Assembly (NCBI GenBank): GCA_038326325.1
Contig: JBBQJW010000004.1
Span: 57,417 to 121,416, forward strand
Direction: 5' to 3'
Length of the DNA: 64,000 nucleotides
Origin: Chitinophagales bacterium
Lineage (GTDB): Bacteria > Bacteroidota > Bacteroidia > Chitinophagales > UBA10324
Shown in pieces: positions 19,901 through 27,828 of this stretch. A program made the position numbers and the translations under genes. Below the pieces are notes generated by a model. The model searched no databases, was not told the DNA's origin, and saw only the letters and a program-made list of their open reading frames with translations. The first letter of the stretch is position 1; each line of letters opens with the position of its first letter.

Positions 19901-20086
19901 TATCCACATGTAGCCTTCCTCATCCTGAACAATGGAAGTGACATAATTATCTGACAATCCGTCTTTCTCAGAATAATTATTGAAGAAAAAAGTTGGCGAC
20001 TGCGCTACAACTGTTACACTGCAAACCGAAATGAAAGCGAGCGTACACAACAATTGAAACAAGCATGCGCCTCCTTTTTTTTTCAT
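16976..20086 (-). CDS. Sensor histidine kinase with periplasmic two-component-regulator beta-propeller/Y_Y_Y domains, HisKA_3 and HATPase_c
   Basis: Repeated W(I/V)GT..GL..(F/Y) propeller motifs, one TM helix (LWFKLFSVLLSVTVVLFIV), an H-box ARDIHDEIGAGL, and a C-terminal ATPase (NALKHSGA, DDGKGF, GNGLRNM). Confidence 0.85.
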   Translation of the reverse strand: MKKKGGACLFQLLCTLAFISVCSVTVVAQSPTFFFNNYSEKDGLSDNYVTSIVQDEEGYMWIGTKNGLNRFDGYEFKNYKKSIDGKDGLNNNYITRLFLDSRKRLWVVTFSGLLLYDKLHDNFISYGQVLSKKNIQATGIVEDVEHNLWISTIGEGIYELKADLKSSANYRPVALAANSNIVNKRNFISNLISDAKGNLWLASFDGLFQFNIATKSFTAYHFNYADLLNQQFNNLFLNLYADPIHENILWCGTWGAGLLQFDLDTKKFVQFKYDYSTPVNLSNIVYQSAPQEKNKLWLCTEKGLMIYDTENKTFITYKNQPSEEHSFIGLSAFCLFNGKDGKIWIGSERGFSIMNPEKQIFSYKEYNELRSIGLFEEDTIKKITYLVSIYDNRRLCTIDNVTGVKKIILLPQADEFKAEPFCLLNYHDSLFIGTTKGLYLFNKQTNKIYLLDVASAFGIDKNHLSVYDMIADDNGIIYLASHNQNYGLFKLNLQTGKKASLETVAGLSPDFSFNSINSFNKDASGNIWMASGNSLCKMNSSTNQFEFFNEAINKKYKLMSGITDFTFDDKKNIWITTEENGLLFLDSAFTLKSFNILNGNRIEFLNSICFDNKNNLWINGVQGLLQFNISNSSFRNFTTADGLPSNKSVSNLELSTDDKISFAYGNRVYSFNPTYNPVRAPDYSLKINSLKIFDKNYEGKYEINFLNEIKLNHNQNFISFDFAAIDFSNSSSIQYAYWLEGYDDDWNNCGSRRYASYTNLYPANYKLHIKAGTEQGEWSKHEKILSVIIEPAIWQTLWFKLFSVLLSVTVVLFIVRYLSTIKLRRQIVQLEKQQAIEKVRAHIARDIHDEIGAGLTKISLMSRQLLKTDTSNKNTVTKINEASGNLIQNLSEIVWTINPENDTLQNLIAYTRHYCGNFFDNTNIQCQLDLPELISVPPELMISPDVKRNYLFILKEACNNALKHSGANKFTLELNLKDEGLLIKISDDGKGFLIADENKFGNGLRNMKKRADEVKGAFELQSSALGTIIKMRLPFS

Positions 20087-20195
20087 TTCAAGCGCAAGGT
20101 ACTCATCTGAAATAAAGAAGATGGTAGTGAATTTTTTTTCAGAATATTTAGATCACGAATGAATTCGTCTTGAAATTAATCCTGCAAGAGATATG

Positions 20196-21527
20196 TTATA
20201 ACGGAGTGACTGTAACAGTTATTAATTCACCTGGATTAAGATTGTAGAGGAGCGTATGCGGGTTATTGTCAATGGGAAAAGAAGGCATGTGGTAAGAACC
20301 TCCGTATGGGTCGCCGGGAAAAGGAAGGATAGTGCCTGAGCAATCGTGCGAAAACGAGGGCTTGTCCCCTAGTGAATTGATGATTAAGTAAATGTTACCA
20401 TTCTGAACAATTCCATCGATGGTCGTAATGTTTAATAAATTTCCATTACTGGTTGGTGTAATGGTACAGGGATAACCAGTTTGAATTTTTAATGAGTCAA
20501 ATGTTCCGCTTGTGTTTGTGAAGTCGAATGCGTGTATCGTATTATCATCATTATAGTTAAAAATGAACGAACCATAATCTGCGAAGTTGAAAGTGCAGGC
20601 ATAGCCTTGAATGTTCGTTCCTTTGAAATGAACATCAACATAATAGGGTCTCTTGACCCTGACCAATGAACTCAGGGAGATTTGGGATGCGCCAGCGTTG
20701 GTAACTCCACTCACCATCGCTGTAACAGCCGCCGGATTGACGCTCATGTTTGACGCTGACTGAGGAGCCGTATAAATGTTGAAGATGGTTCCGGTTGAAT
20801 AAAAAAGAGTGCCATCGTTTTGATTGCCTTGCAAATTCCCATTTACCGTCCAGTTGACTTGCGAGGGTGATGGATAATCAACCATGACACCGAGAGGCAT
20901 TAACTCATCATTGCCATCATTGTCTGTTAGAGTTTCGAGCGTAACAACTCTTACCGAAAAGGTTCCACCCGTGCTAACTGAACCACTTGCGGGAACGATT
21001 CTCATTTTTTCATAAAGCCCGTAAACACTGAAGTGTGTGGTCGTAATACTTTCTGTTCCTGCAACAGAATCTAAAACCGCGTTGTTGAATGAATACCAGA
21101 TTTTATCTGCTTTTTGATATGCTATACCAAAGGCAAGGAATGAAGTTCCAAGCACATCGGTTGAATCGTAATGAAACCGAAGTGTAACAGCTTGAGCGAA
21201 CTGCTGCCCATCGGGCGTCAACGAATATCCAACACCTGCGCCACCCGGAGTGGTGTTGGTTACGGGCTGAATGGTAATAGTCGTTGAAGTCGAAAGCGCG
21301 TTTGCTGGAATAATAATTTCTAATCTTCCATCGGCGGAGAAAATGGTTCCGCCAGAAGCATCAATGGTTGCGGAGTTAGAAACTCCTGTTGGTGTTCCAA
21401 CGGCAGTCGGAGTTCCGTAATTAATTGTAGCTGGTGGATCCTTTTCTTTTTTCTTGCATGAAAAAAAACCCATGAATAATGAAAAGGCGACAACTGTAAC
21501 AGTTTTTAAAATGAATTTAGATTTCAT
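20196..21527 (-). CDS. Hypothetical lipoprotein (443 aa)
   Basis: The signal/lipobox is MGFFSCKKKEK. The protein is Thr/Gly/Ser-rich and looks like an all-beta composition. No domain recognised. Confidence 0.55.
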   Translation of the reverse strand: MKSKFILKTVTVVAFSLFMGFFSCKKKEKDPPATINYGTPTAVGTPTGVSNSATIDASGGTIFSADGRLEIIIPANALSTSTTITIQPVTNTTPGGAGVGYSLTPDGQQFAQAVTLRFHYDSTDVLGTSFLAFGIAYQKADKIWYSFNNAVLDSVAGTESITTTHFSVYGLYEKMRIVPASGSVSTGGTFSVRVVTLETLTDNDGNDELMPLGVMVDYPSPSQVNWTVNGNLQGNQNDGTLFYSTGTIFNIYTAPQSASNMSVNPAAVTAMVSGVTNAGASQISLSSLVRVKRPYYVDVHFKGTNIQGYACTFNFADYGSFIFNYNDDNTIHAFDFTNTSGTFDSLKIQTGYPCTITPTSNGNLLNITTIDGIVQNGNIYLIINSLGDKPSFSHDCSGTILPFPGDPYGGSYHMPSFPIDNNPHTLLYNLNPGELITVTVTPL

Positions 21528-21571
21528 TACGAAGATTTTTCAGAATTAATTTATTATGAAATTTTTTACGG

Positions 21572-23227
21572 CTAAAGTTTTATCACTTTTAATGCATGCG
21601 TGTTTTCTCCGCTCAAGCGGAACAAGTAAATTCCGGATGCTAAATCATATACAGAGATGACTGTGTTTTCTGTTGTCAATCCTGTTAAAACAATCCTTCC
21701 AGCCAAATCTGTAAGCTCATAAGTAGACCCATGCGAAGGCGAATTAATTTTTACAGTAATAAAATTATTGGCGGGGTTTGGATAAATTATAAATCCGTTG
21801 TCATTATTAAAATCATTAATGCCATTAGGTGTAACAGTGATGACTATAGTTGCTATTCCATTGCCGCTGCCGGCCGCTATTTGTACAGGACTGTGTTGCT
21901 CCAGACTTGTTCCATCACCGAGTTGTCCCTGCGCATTGTATCCCCATGCCCAAAGAATGCCGTTAGATTTAATTCCAAAACTGTGACTGGCTCCTGAAGC
22001 ATTATTCATCCAATCGGTTTCAGTTCCAACCTGCTGTGGGCTATGCTGATCTGTGGTAGTACCATCGCCTAATTGTCCATAGTTATTATCACCCCACGAC
22101 CAAAGTGTTCCATTTGATTTTACACCCAATGTGTGACGAGCACCCGTTGCACTGCTTATCCAATTAGCAGCTGTTCCTACCTGAACAGGACTGTTGCTTT
22201 GCGTTGTAGTTCCATCGCCCAATTGTCCATAAAAATTATCGCCCCACGACCATAAAGTACCATCGGATTTAATTCCATGACTATTGTATTCACCGGCGGA
22301 AATATTTATCCAGTTTGTTGCTGTTCCAACCTGCACCGGGTTGTGCTGATCGCCTGTATTTCCAACACCTGTTTGTCCGTAGCCACCATATCCCCATCCC
22401 CACAAAGTTCCATCAGATTTAATGGCAAGACTGTGTTGCTTGCCTGCTGCCACACTTACCCAATTGGTTCCGGTTCCTACCTGAACCATGTTATGTTGCT
22501 CGATAGTGGTGCCATCACCTAACTGCCCGTTTGAATTAATTCCGCACGCCCAAAGTGTGCCGTCTGATTTCACGGCAATGGTGTGCGCATATCCGGCTGC
22601 AATACTTTTCCAACTTGTAACGCCGCCGATTTGCACAGGGTTGTGCTGGTCGGTGGTGGTTCCATCGCCTAATTGTCCATTCACATTACTTCCCCAGCCA
22701 TAAAGATTTCCATTTGATTTTATTCCGAAACTGTGTTGATAGCCGGCTGCAATGATTTTCCAATCAGTATTTGTTCCGACTTGTGTGGGAATGTTTTGCG
22801 ATGTGGTGGTTCCATCACCTAATTGTCCGTAACTGTTTTGTCCCCACGACCAGAGACTGCTATCGGATTTGACTCCGATGTTATGTGAAACACCCGAAGT
22901 GATTATTGCCCATGAGCAATCGCCGGAACCGCTTACTGAATAAGTGGTAGTGATTGATGGAGTAGCAGTAACACTTACTCCCGTGGTGGCACTCAATCCT
23001 TCGGATGGGCTCCATGTGTATGTGGTTGTTCCGGCGGCAGTGAGTGTTGTTGAACCTCCAATAATTATTGTGGAAGGATTTGCCGTAATGGTAACTACAC
23101 ATTGAGCGTTTGAATTTACTGAAAGCATCATTGAAGCAATCAGAAACAATGCGATGGAAAAAATATATATCGTGCGACTGATTTTATTCTTTTTGTTTTT
23201 TTGAAATTGGCGAGTCATAGTTTTCAT
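21572..23227 (-). CDS. RCC1-repeat (regulator of chromosome condensation-like) protein with T9SS C-terminal sorting domain
   Basis: About 8 repeats of W(S/G)WG.N..GQLGDGTT......P.QVG, and a C-terminal IIYPNPANNFITVKI...GIYLFRL Por secretion tail. Confidence 0.8.
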   Translation of the reverse strand: MKTMTRQFQKNKKNKISRTIYIFSIALFLIASMMLSVNSNAQCVVTITANPSTIIIGGSTTLTAAGTTTYTWSPSEGLSATTGVSVTATPSITTTYSVSGSGDCSWAIITSGVSHNIGVKSDSSLWSWGQNSYGQLGDGTTTSQNIPTQVGTNTDWKIIAAGYQHSFGIKSNGNLYGWGSNVNGQLGDGTTTDQHNPVQIGGVTSWKSIAAGYAHTIAVKSDGTLWACGINSNGQLGDGTTIEQHNMVQVGTGTNWVSVAAGKQHSLAIKSDGTLWGWGYGGYGQTGVGNTGDQHNPVQVGTATNWINISAGEYNSHGIKSDGTLWSWGDNFYGQLGDGTTTQSNSPVQVGTAANWISSATGARHTLGVKSNGTLWSWGDNNYGQLGDGTTTDQHSPQQVGTETDWMNNASGASHSFGIKSNGILWAWGYNAQGQLGDGTSLEQHSPVQIAAGSGNGIATIVITVTPNGINDFNNDNGFIIYPNPANNFITVKINSPSHGSTYELTDLAGRIVLTGLTTENTVISVYDLASGIYLFRLSGENTHALKVIKL

Positions 23228-23254
23228 GATGGCTATTTTTTGTAATTAATTTTT

Positions 23255-25027
23255 CTAATGTTGAACTAAGAATTTTTGATTGAAAGTTTTTTCATTGGTT
23301 ATTAATTGACAGAAATAAATTCCATCTGATAAGTTTTTAGTTTCAATTTTCAGGTTTGAAGTTTTCAGGAGCGAAGAATAAATTTCTCGTCCTGATACAT
23401 CAAAAATTTTAACTGTTACATTTTCATTTTTGAACTGAGTATTTTTAATAAATAAAAACTCATCTGCCGGATTTGGATAAATAATAAATGAAGTTTTATT
23501 ATTCAATTCATCTATTGAATTGATGCATGATTTAACAAATACAAAAACTGTGTCAGAACTGTTACACTCAGGAGAAATTGAATATAAATAAATTACGGTA
23601 TGTAAACCCAGCCCTGCGATTGAAGGATTAAAAATATTTCCGCTTATGCCTGCACCAATAAATGTTCCGCCTGAAGGTGAGCCAATGAGATTTGAAGATG
23701 TTCCATTCAAACAAACTGAATCAGGTAAACCACTTTGGGTTACAGTGAGATTACATTCAAGGCAAAGTGTTGTAATCATGCCACCGTGGTCAATTACTGT
23801 TGCAGGAACTGTTACAGTTCCGCCTAAAGAAAATACCGGCGATGGGGTTGAAACAGTTGGAACATGTGAAGAAACAACTGGCCACGCATTGCCCTGGCTG
23901 CAACCGCTGTTTCCGAGCGAATCAGTTTTTATTAAATAAATATTGAAGTTGTCAACTGCAAGCAAAACAAATCCGCCATCTGCCGTTTGTTGAACGGAAG
24001 AATGAGAATCACCGCCACCGTAAGTTCTTGTCCAAAGTGTATCGCCGTTTGCATCTGTTCTTATAAGTAAGCTGTGATATGTTCCATTTGGAAAAGCCTG
24101 CGACCATCCCGAAAAAATATAGCCACCGTCTGTGGTTTGCTTGCCACAATTAATATAGACATGATTAACTCCGCTATATGTTTTACTCCATTGCCAGTTT
24201 CCATTGTTGTCAGTTTTTAATGCAGTTCCTTCAACACCGGTGGCACCATAAGCAATTCCGGAAATAATAAATCCAGAGTCTGTTGTTTGTTGTATGTATA
24301 GTCCTCCGTTTATATGAGGTGGCCCTTCGACAATATATGCTTTTGTCCAGAGAGTATCACCTGTTACACTTGTCTTTATTAAATAAATTCCTCCTGTACT
24401 GTAGTTACCGGAAATAACAAAGCCCCCACCGATTGCTTCTGTTACAGCGTATCCATAATCATCACCAGTGCCGCCAAAATTTTTTGTCCAGAGTGTATCA
24501 CCTACTGCATCAGTTTTTATGATTAATACATTGCGAATGCCATTGATATCAACTTTATTTCCTGCTATTATATATCCGCCATCAGTAGTTTGTTTTACTG
24601 AATTTCCCTGCCCGTTCAGATTTCCTCCGTAAGTTTTTGTCCAAAGTGTAACACCCAGCGCATTTGTTTTAATCAAGTAAACTTCATCAGCACCTGTTCC
24701 GAAACTGTTCGAGTATCCAGTAATTATATAGCCGCCGTCGCTTGTCTGTTCAACAGAAAAACCCTCATCATAACTTGTTCCGCCATAAGATTGTGTCCAA
24801 AGCGTATCACCGGTGGCATCAGTCTTTATTAAATACACATCCCGAATTCCGGCGCCGATATTTTCCGCTGTTCCTGATATTATATATCCGCCATCAGTGG
24901 TTTGATGAACGCAGTATCCCTGTGTAATAGCACCACCCGTAAAAGTTTTCTGAAAAGTTACCTGCGCATGTAAAGTGTTAAAGAAGAAAAAACAAAAAGT
25001 GATTTTGAGAACCAGAATTTTTTTCAT
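23255..25027 (-). CDS. T9SS-sorted protein with 7-8 tandem ~50-aa TDGGYII.G / GDTLWTK repeats (propeller-like)
   Basis: The repeats are QTTDGGYIISG...YLIKTDA.GDTLWT.TYGG. The C-terminal tail is IIYPNPADEFLFIKN...GIYFCQL. I prefer the ATG at 25027, because the track start at 25048 is a TTG. Confidence 0.75.
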   Translation of the reverse strand: MKKILVLKITFCFFFFNTLHAQVTFQKTFTGGAITQGYCVHQTTDGGYIISGTAENIGAGIRDVYLIKTDATGDTLWTQSYGGTSYDEGFSVEQTSDGGYIITGYSNSFGTGADEVYLIKTNALGVTLWTKTYGGNLNGQGNSVKQTTDGGYIIAGNKVDINGIRNVLIIKTDAVGDTLWTKNFGGTGDDYGYAVTEAIGGGFVISGNYSTGGIYLIKTSVTGDTLWTKAYIVEGPPHINGGLYIQQTTDSGFIISGIAYGATGVEGTALKTDNNGNWQWSKTYSGVNHVYINCGKQTTDGGYIFSGWSQAFPNGTYHSLLIRTDANGDTLWTRTYGGGDSHSSVQQTADGGFVLLAVDNFNIYLIKTDSLGNSGCSQGNAWPVVSSHVPTVSTPSPVFSLGGTVTVPATVIDHGGMITTLCLECNLTVTQSGLPDSVCLNGTSSNLIGSPSGGTFIGAGISGNIFNPSIAGLGLHTVIYLYSISPECNSSDTVFVFVKSCINSIDELNNKTSFIIYPNPADEFLFIKNTQFKNENVTVKIFDVSGREIYSSLLKTSNLKIETKNLSDGIYFCQLITNEKTFNQKFLVQH

Positions 25028-25122
25028 GACCCTTGAATTATTATTCAAAGGACATATAAAACCTATCTCAGGTCAATCGCATGAAAGTAAGTATTTGAAA
25101 GAGTGAATTGTGATTTTATAAA

Positions 25123-25884
25123 TTATTCGGAGCGAAATTTATTTAAATGCTTTTCATGGGCATTGATAAACTCAACTACTTTTTCTTCAAGAGGAGTATG
25201 TGCTTTTGTATCTCCTGAAAGTAATGCTGAATATCTTTCGTTCAAGGCATCCACATCTTTTTCTGAAAATCCACGGCGAGTCAGTCCAACTTTATTCACT
25301 CGATTGATTCTTGCCGGCGCCCCTGCGACAATTACGAATGGCGAAACATGTTTATTTACTGCTGTATTCATTCCCACCATTACACTTTCACCAACATCAA
25401 CCCACTGATGCACGGCTGAACCCATTCCGAAATTCGCGTTGTCGCCTGCTGTAACACCACCACCAAATTTGGTGAGCGCACTCATCATCACATTGTCTCC
25501 AATCTGACAATCATGCGCGATATATACCTTGTTCATGATGTAACACTTATTACCTATTCGTGTGTTCTTGCGGCGCACAGGTGAATGCACATTCACATAT
25601 TCGCGCAAAGTGTTTCCATCTCCGATACTAATTATTCCATCTTCAATAAATACATCTCCTTTCGCACCCATCTCGCCAAGCGCACCCAAAGCAACAAATG
25701 CTTCGAAGCGATTGTATTGTCCGATTTCAATGTTGTTTTGAAAAAAACAATGTGGTCCGATGTAATTGTTGTCACCTATTTTAATATTTCCTTTTAAGAT
25801 TGAATATGCGCCAATCCTGTTTCCATCTCCGAGTGTTACACTTCCTTCAATGATCGCCGTGGAATGAATATTATTTCCTTTCAT
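25123..25884 (-). CDS. LpxA-like acyl-ACP:UDP-sugar acyltransferase paralog (left-handed beta-helix plus LpxA-type C-terminal helical domain)
   Basis: Hexapeptide repeats throughout. The C-terminal segment PARINRVNKVGLTRRGFSEKDVDALNERYSAL resembles the LpxA helical domain. It is distinct from the canonical lpxA at 51852-52652. Confidence 0.7.
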   Translation of the reverse strand: MKGNNIHSTAIIEGSVTLGDGNRIGAYSILKGNIKIGDNNYIGPHCFFQNNIEIGQYNRFEAFVALGALGEMGAKGDVFIEDGIISIGDGNTLREYVNVHSPVRRKNTRIGNKCYIMNKVYIAHDCQIGDNVMMSALTKFGGGVTAGDNANFGMGSAVHQWVDVGESVMVGMNTAVNKHVSPFVIVAGAPARINRVNKVGLTRRGFSEKDVDALNERYSALLSGDTKAHTPLEEKVVEFINAHEKHLNKFRSE

Positions 25885-26904
25885 TTATAAAATCACTTTT
25901 GCTGAGTTATACATTCGTTCAATTATCTCCACCACTTTCATTCCTTCAACAGCGTTGGTCATAATTTGCCCCTTGCCTGAAAGTGCATCCACCACATTAG
26001 CAATAATCTTATCGTGATTGCTCATGCTTCCCTGATAAAATCCATAATCGTTAGCAGGTTTCGATTCGGGTAAATTAAAATTATCGAAGCCGTTTGTCTT
26101 TTGATATTCTAGGGTGTTTAAATATTGTCCTCCAATTTTTATTGTTCCGTTTTCAGCAAACACTGTTATGGAACCTTCCATATTTTGCTTGTAACTTGCA
26201 GTGGTGTAATTGATATTTCCAAGTGCTCCAGATTTGAATTTAAAAGTGAATGCACCTGTATCTTCAAATTCAATCAAGTCGTAGTGACAAACATTTTTCA
26301 TCACTCCGCCAATAGATTCCAGTTCCACATCACCGAATAAATAATATGCAATGTCAACGAAGTGAGAGAATTGAGTGAACAATGTGCCTCCATCAGCATC
26401 GCGTTTCCCTTTCCAGTCGCTCTTCTGATAATATTCTTTGTTGCGATTCCAGTAACAGTTCACCACTACAAAATAAATTTTCCCAAGCTTACCCTCTTCC
26501 ATCAATTTCCTAACATGCTGCACCGGAGGATTGAAGCGATTTTGTTTCACTACAAAAATCTGCTTGTTGTTTTTCAGTCCGGCGAAAACCAATTTCTCTG
26601 CATCATCTTTATGCAAGGTCATTGGTTTTTCAATCAATACATTTTTTCCCGCCTCAAGAGAAGCAAAAGCAGATGCAAAATGATTTCCATTTGGAGTGCA
26701 AATGCAAACAACATCAATATCATTTCGTTTTAATAATTCATTAAGTGAATTTGTTGATGGCAGATTATAATTTTTCTGAAAATTATTTCTGCTCTCTTCC
26801 TTCACATCAAATGCCGCCACCAATTCAGCTTCCGGATTTTCAGCAATATGTTTTGCATGTCGGTTGCCAATGTATCCGCAACCAATAATGCCAAATCGAA
26901 TCAT
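25885..26904 (-). CDS. Gfo/Idh/MocA family NAD(P)-dependent oxidoreductase
   Basis: N-terminal MIRFGIIGCGYIGNRHAKH Rossmann motif, EKPM motif and a C-terminal alpha/beta domain. Its stop abuts the start of the LpxA-like gene with no intergenic gap. Confidence 0.85.
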   Translation of the reverse strand: MIRFGIIGCGYIGNRHAKHIAENPEAELVAAFDVKEESRNNFQKNYNLPSTNSLNELLKRNDIDVVCICTPNGNHFASAFASLEAGKNVLIEKPMTLHKDDAEKLVFAGLKNNKQIFVVKQNRFNPPVQHVRKLMEEGKLGKIYFVVVNCYWNRNKEYYQKSDWKGKRDADGGTLFTQFSHFVDIAYYLFGDVELESIGGVMKNVCHYDLIEFEDTGAFTFKFKSGALGNINYTTASYKQNMEGSITVFAENGTIKIGGQYLNTLEYQKTNGFDNFNLPESKPANDYGFYQGSMSNHDKIIANVVDALSGKGQIMTNAVEGMKVVEIIERMYNSAKVIL

Positions 26905-27012
26905 AGAAATTTATTGAGCGGCTAAAATAATTGTACCAATTAACTATTCTTATTAAATCTTAAAAGTCGTTCGTAATGACTTTGTGCTTTTAAAACCGCT
27001 AACATTGTTCCC

Positions 27013-27828
27013 ATGAATCGCATCCCGGAAAATTTGTATTTGAATTACGGCCAGCATAAGATTCATTACATCTTATTCGGCAAGGGGGAAAAATTGCTTT
27101 TCTGTTTTCATGGTTTTGGTGAAACGGCTTTCAATTTTTCAGTACTTCAACCATCACTTGAAAATATTTACACCGTTGTTTCCATTGACTTGCCTTTTCA
27201 TGGATTGACTCAATGGAATGAACGATTTTTTTTGAAAAGCGATTTGAAAAATATTCTCGAATTGTTTTTAAATCAACTCGGGAAGAAAAAATTTTCGTTG
27301 ATGGGATTTAGTTTAGGCGGGAAAATGGTTATTGGCGCTGTGAAAGAAACACCGGAATTAGTTGAAGAAATTTTTCTGATTTCACCTGATGGATTGAGAA
27401 ATAACATCTGGTACAACCTCGCGATTTATCCCGCATGGGGTAGAAGATTATTTCTTATCTTAGTGAAACATCCCGAAAAATATTTCGCGGCGGTTAGTTT
27501 TCTCGCGTGGCTGCGAATAATTCCAAAGGCGTTGAAAAAATTTCTTGAAACGCAATTGGAAACGGAAGAGAAAAGACAATTCTCTTTTGATGTGTGGTAC
27601 TGCATAAAAGATTTTGATACTGATGTAAAAACCGCGAGAGGTTTATTGAATCAATTCAAGATCCGCTCTTATCTTTTCTTCGGCGAATTTGATAAAGTGA
27701 TTAAACCTGCGATCGGAAAAAAATTTGTGAAAGGATTAAACAATACACAACTCATCATACTTCCTAAAGGACATCACCTCGTGAAAGAATATCTGAACGA
27801 TGAGATCACAAAAGCACTGAGCCGATGA
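27013..27828 (+). CDS. Alpha/beta hydrolase
   Basis: HGFGE oxyanion region, nucleophile elbow GFSLGG, and a C-terminal GHH. It overlaps the next gene by ATGA. Confidence 0.75.
   Translation: MNRIPENLYLNYGQHKIHYILFGKGEKLLFCFHGFGETAFNFSVLQPSLENIYTVVSIDLPFHGLTQWNERFFLKSDLKNILELFLNQLGKKKFSLMGFSLGGKMVIGAVKETPELVEEIFLISPDGLRNNIWYNLAIYPAWGRRLFLILVKHPEKYFAAVSFLAWLRIIPKALKKFLETQLETEEKRQFSFDVWYCIKDFDTDVKTARGLLNQFKIRSYLFFGEFDKVIKPAIGKKFVKGLNNTQLIILPKGHHLVKEYLNDEITKALSR

Noticed and set aside
25123-25884. Reading the second hexapeptide protein as a WbpD/PglD-type sugar N-acetyltransferase
   Set aside because: Its C-terminal helical segment (VGLTRRGFS...) is LpxA-like rather than the short tail of acetyltransferases. 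This is kept as an alternative until a proper alignment is done.
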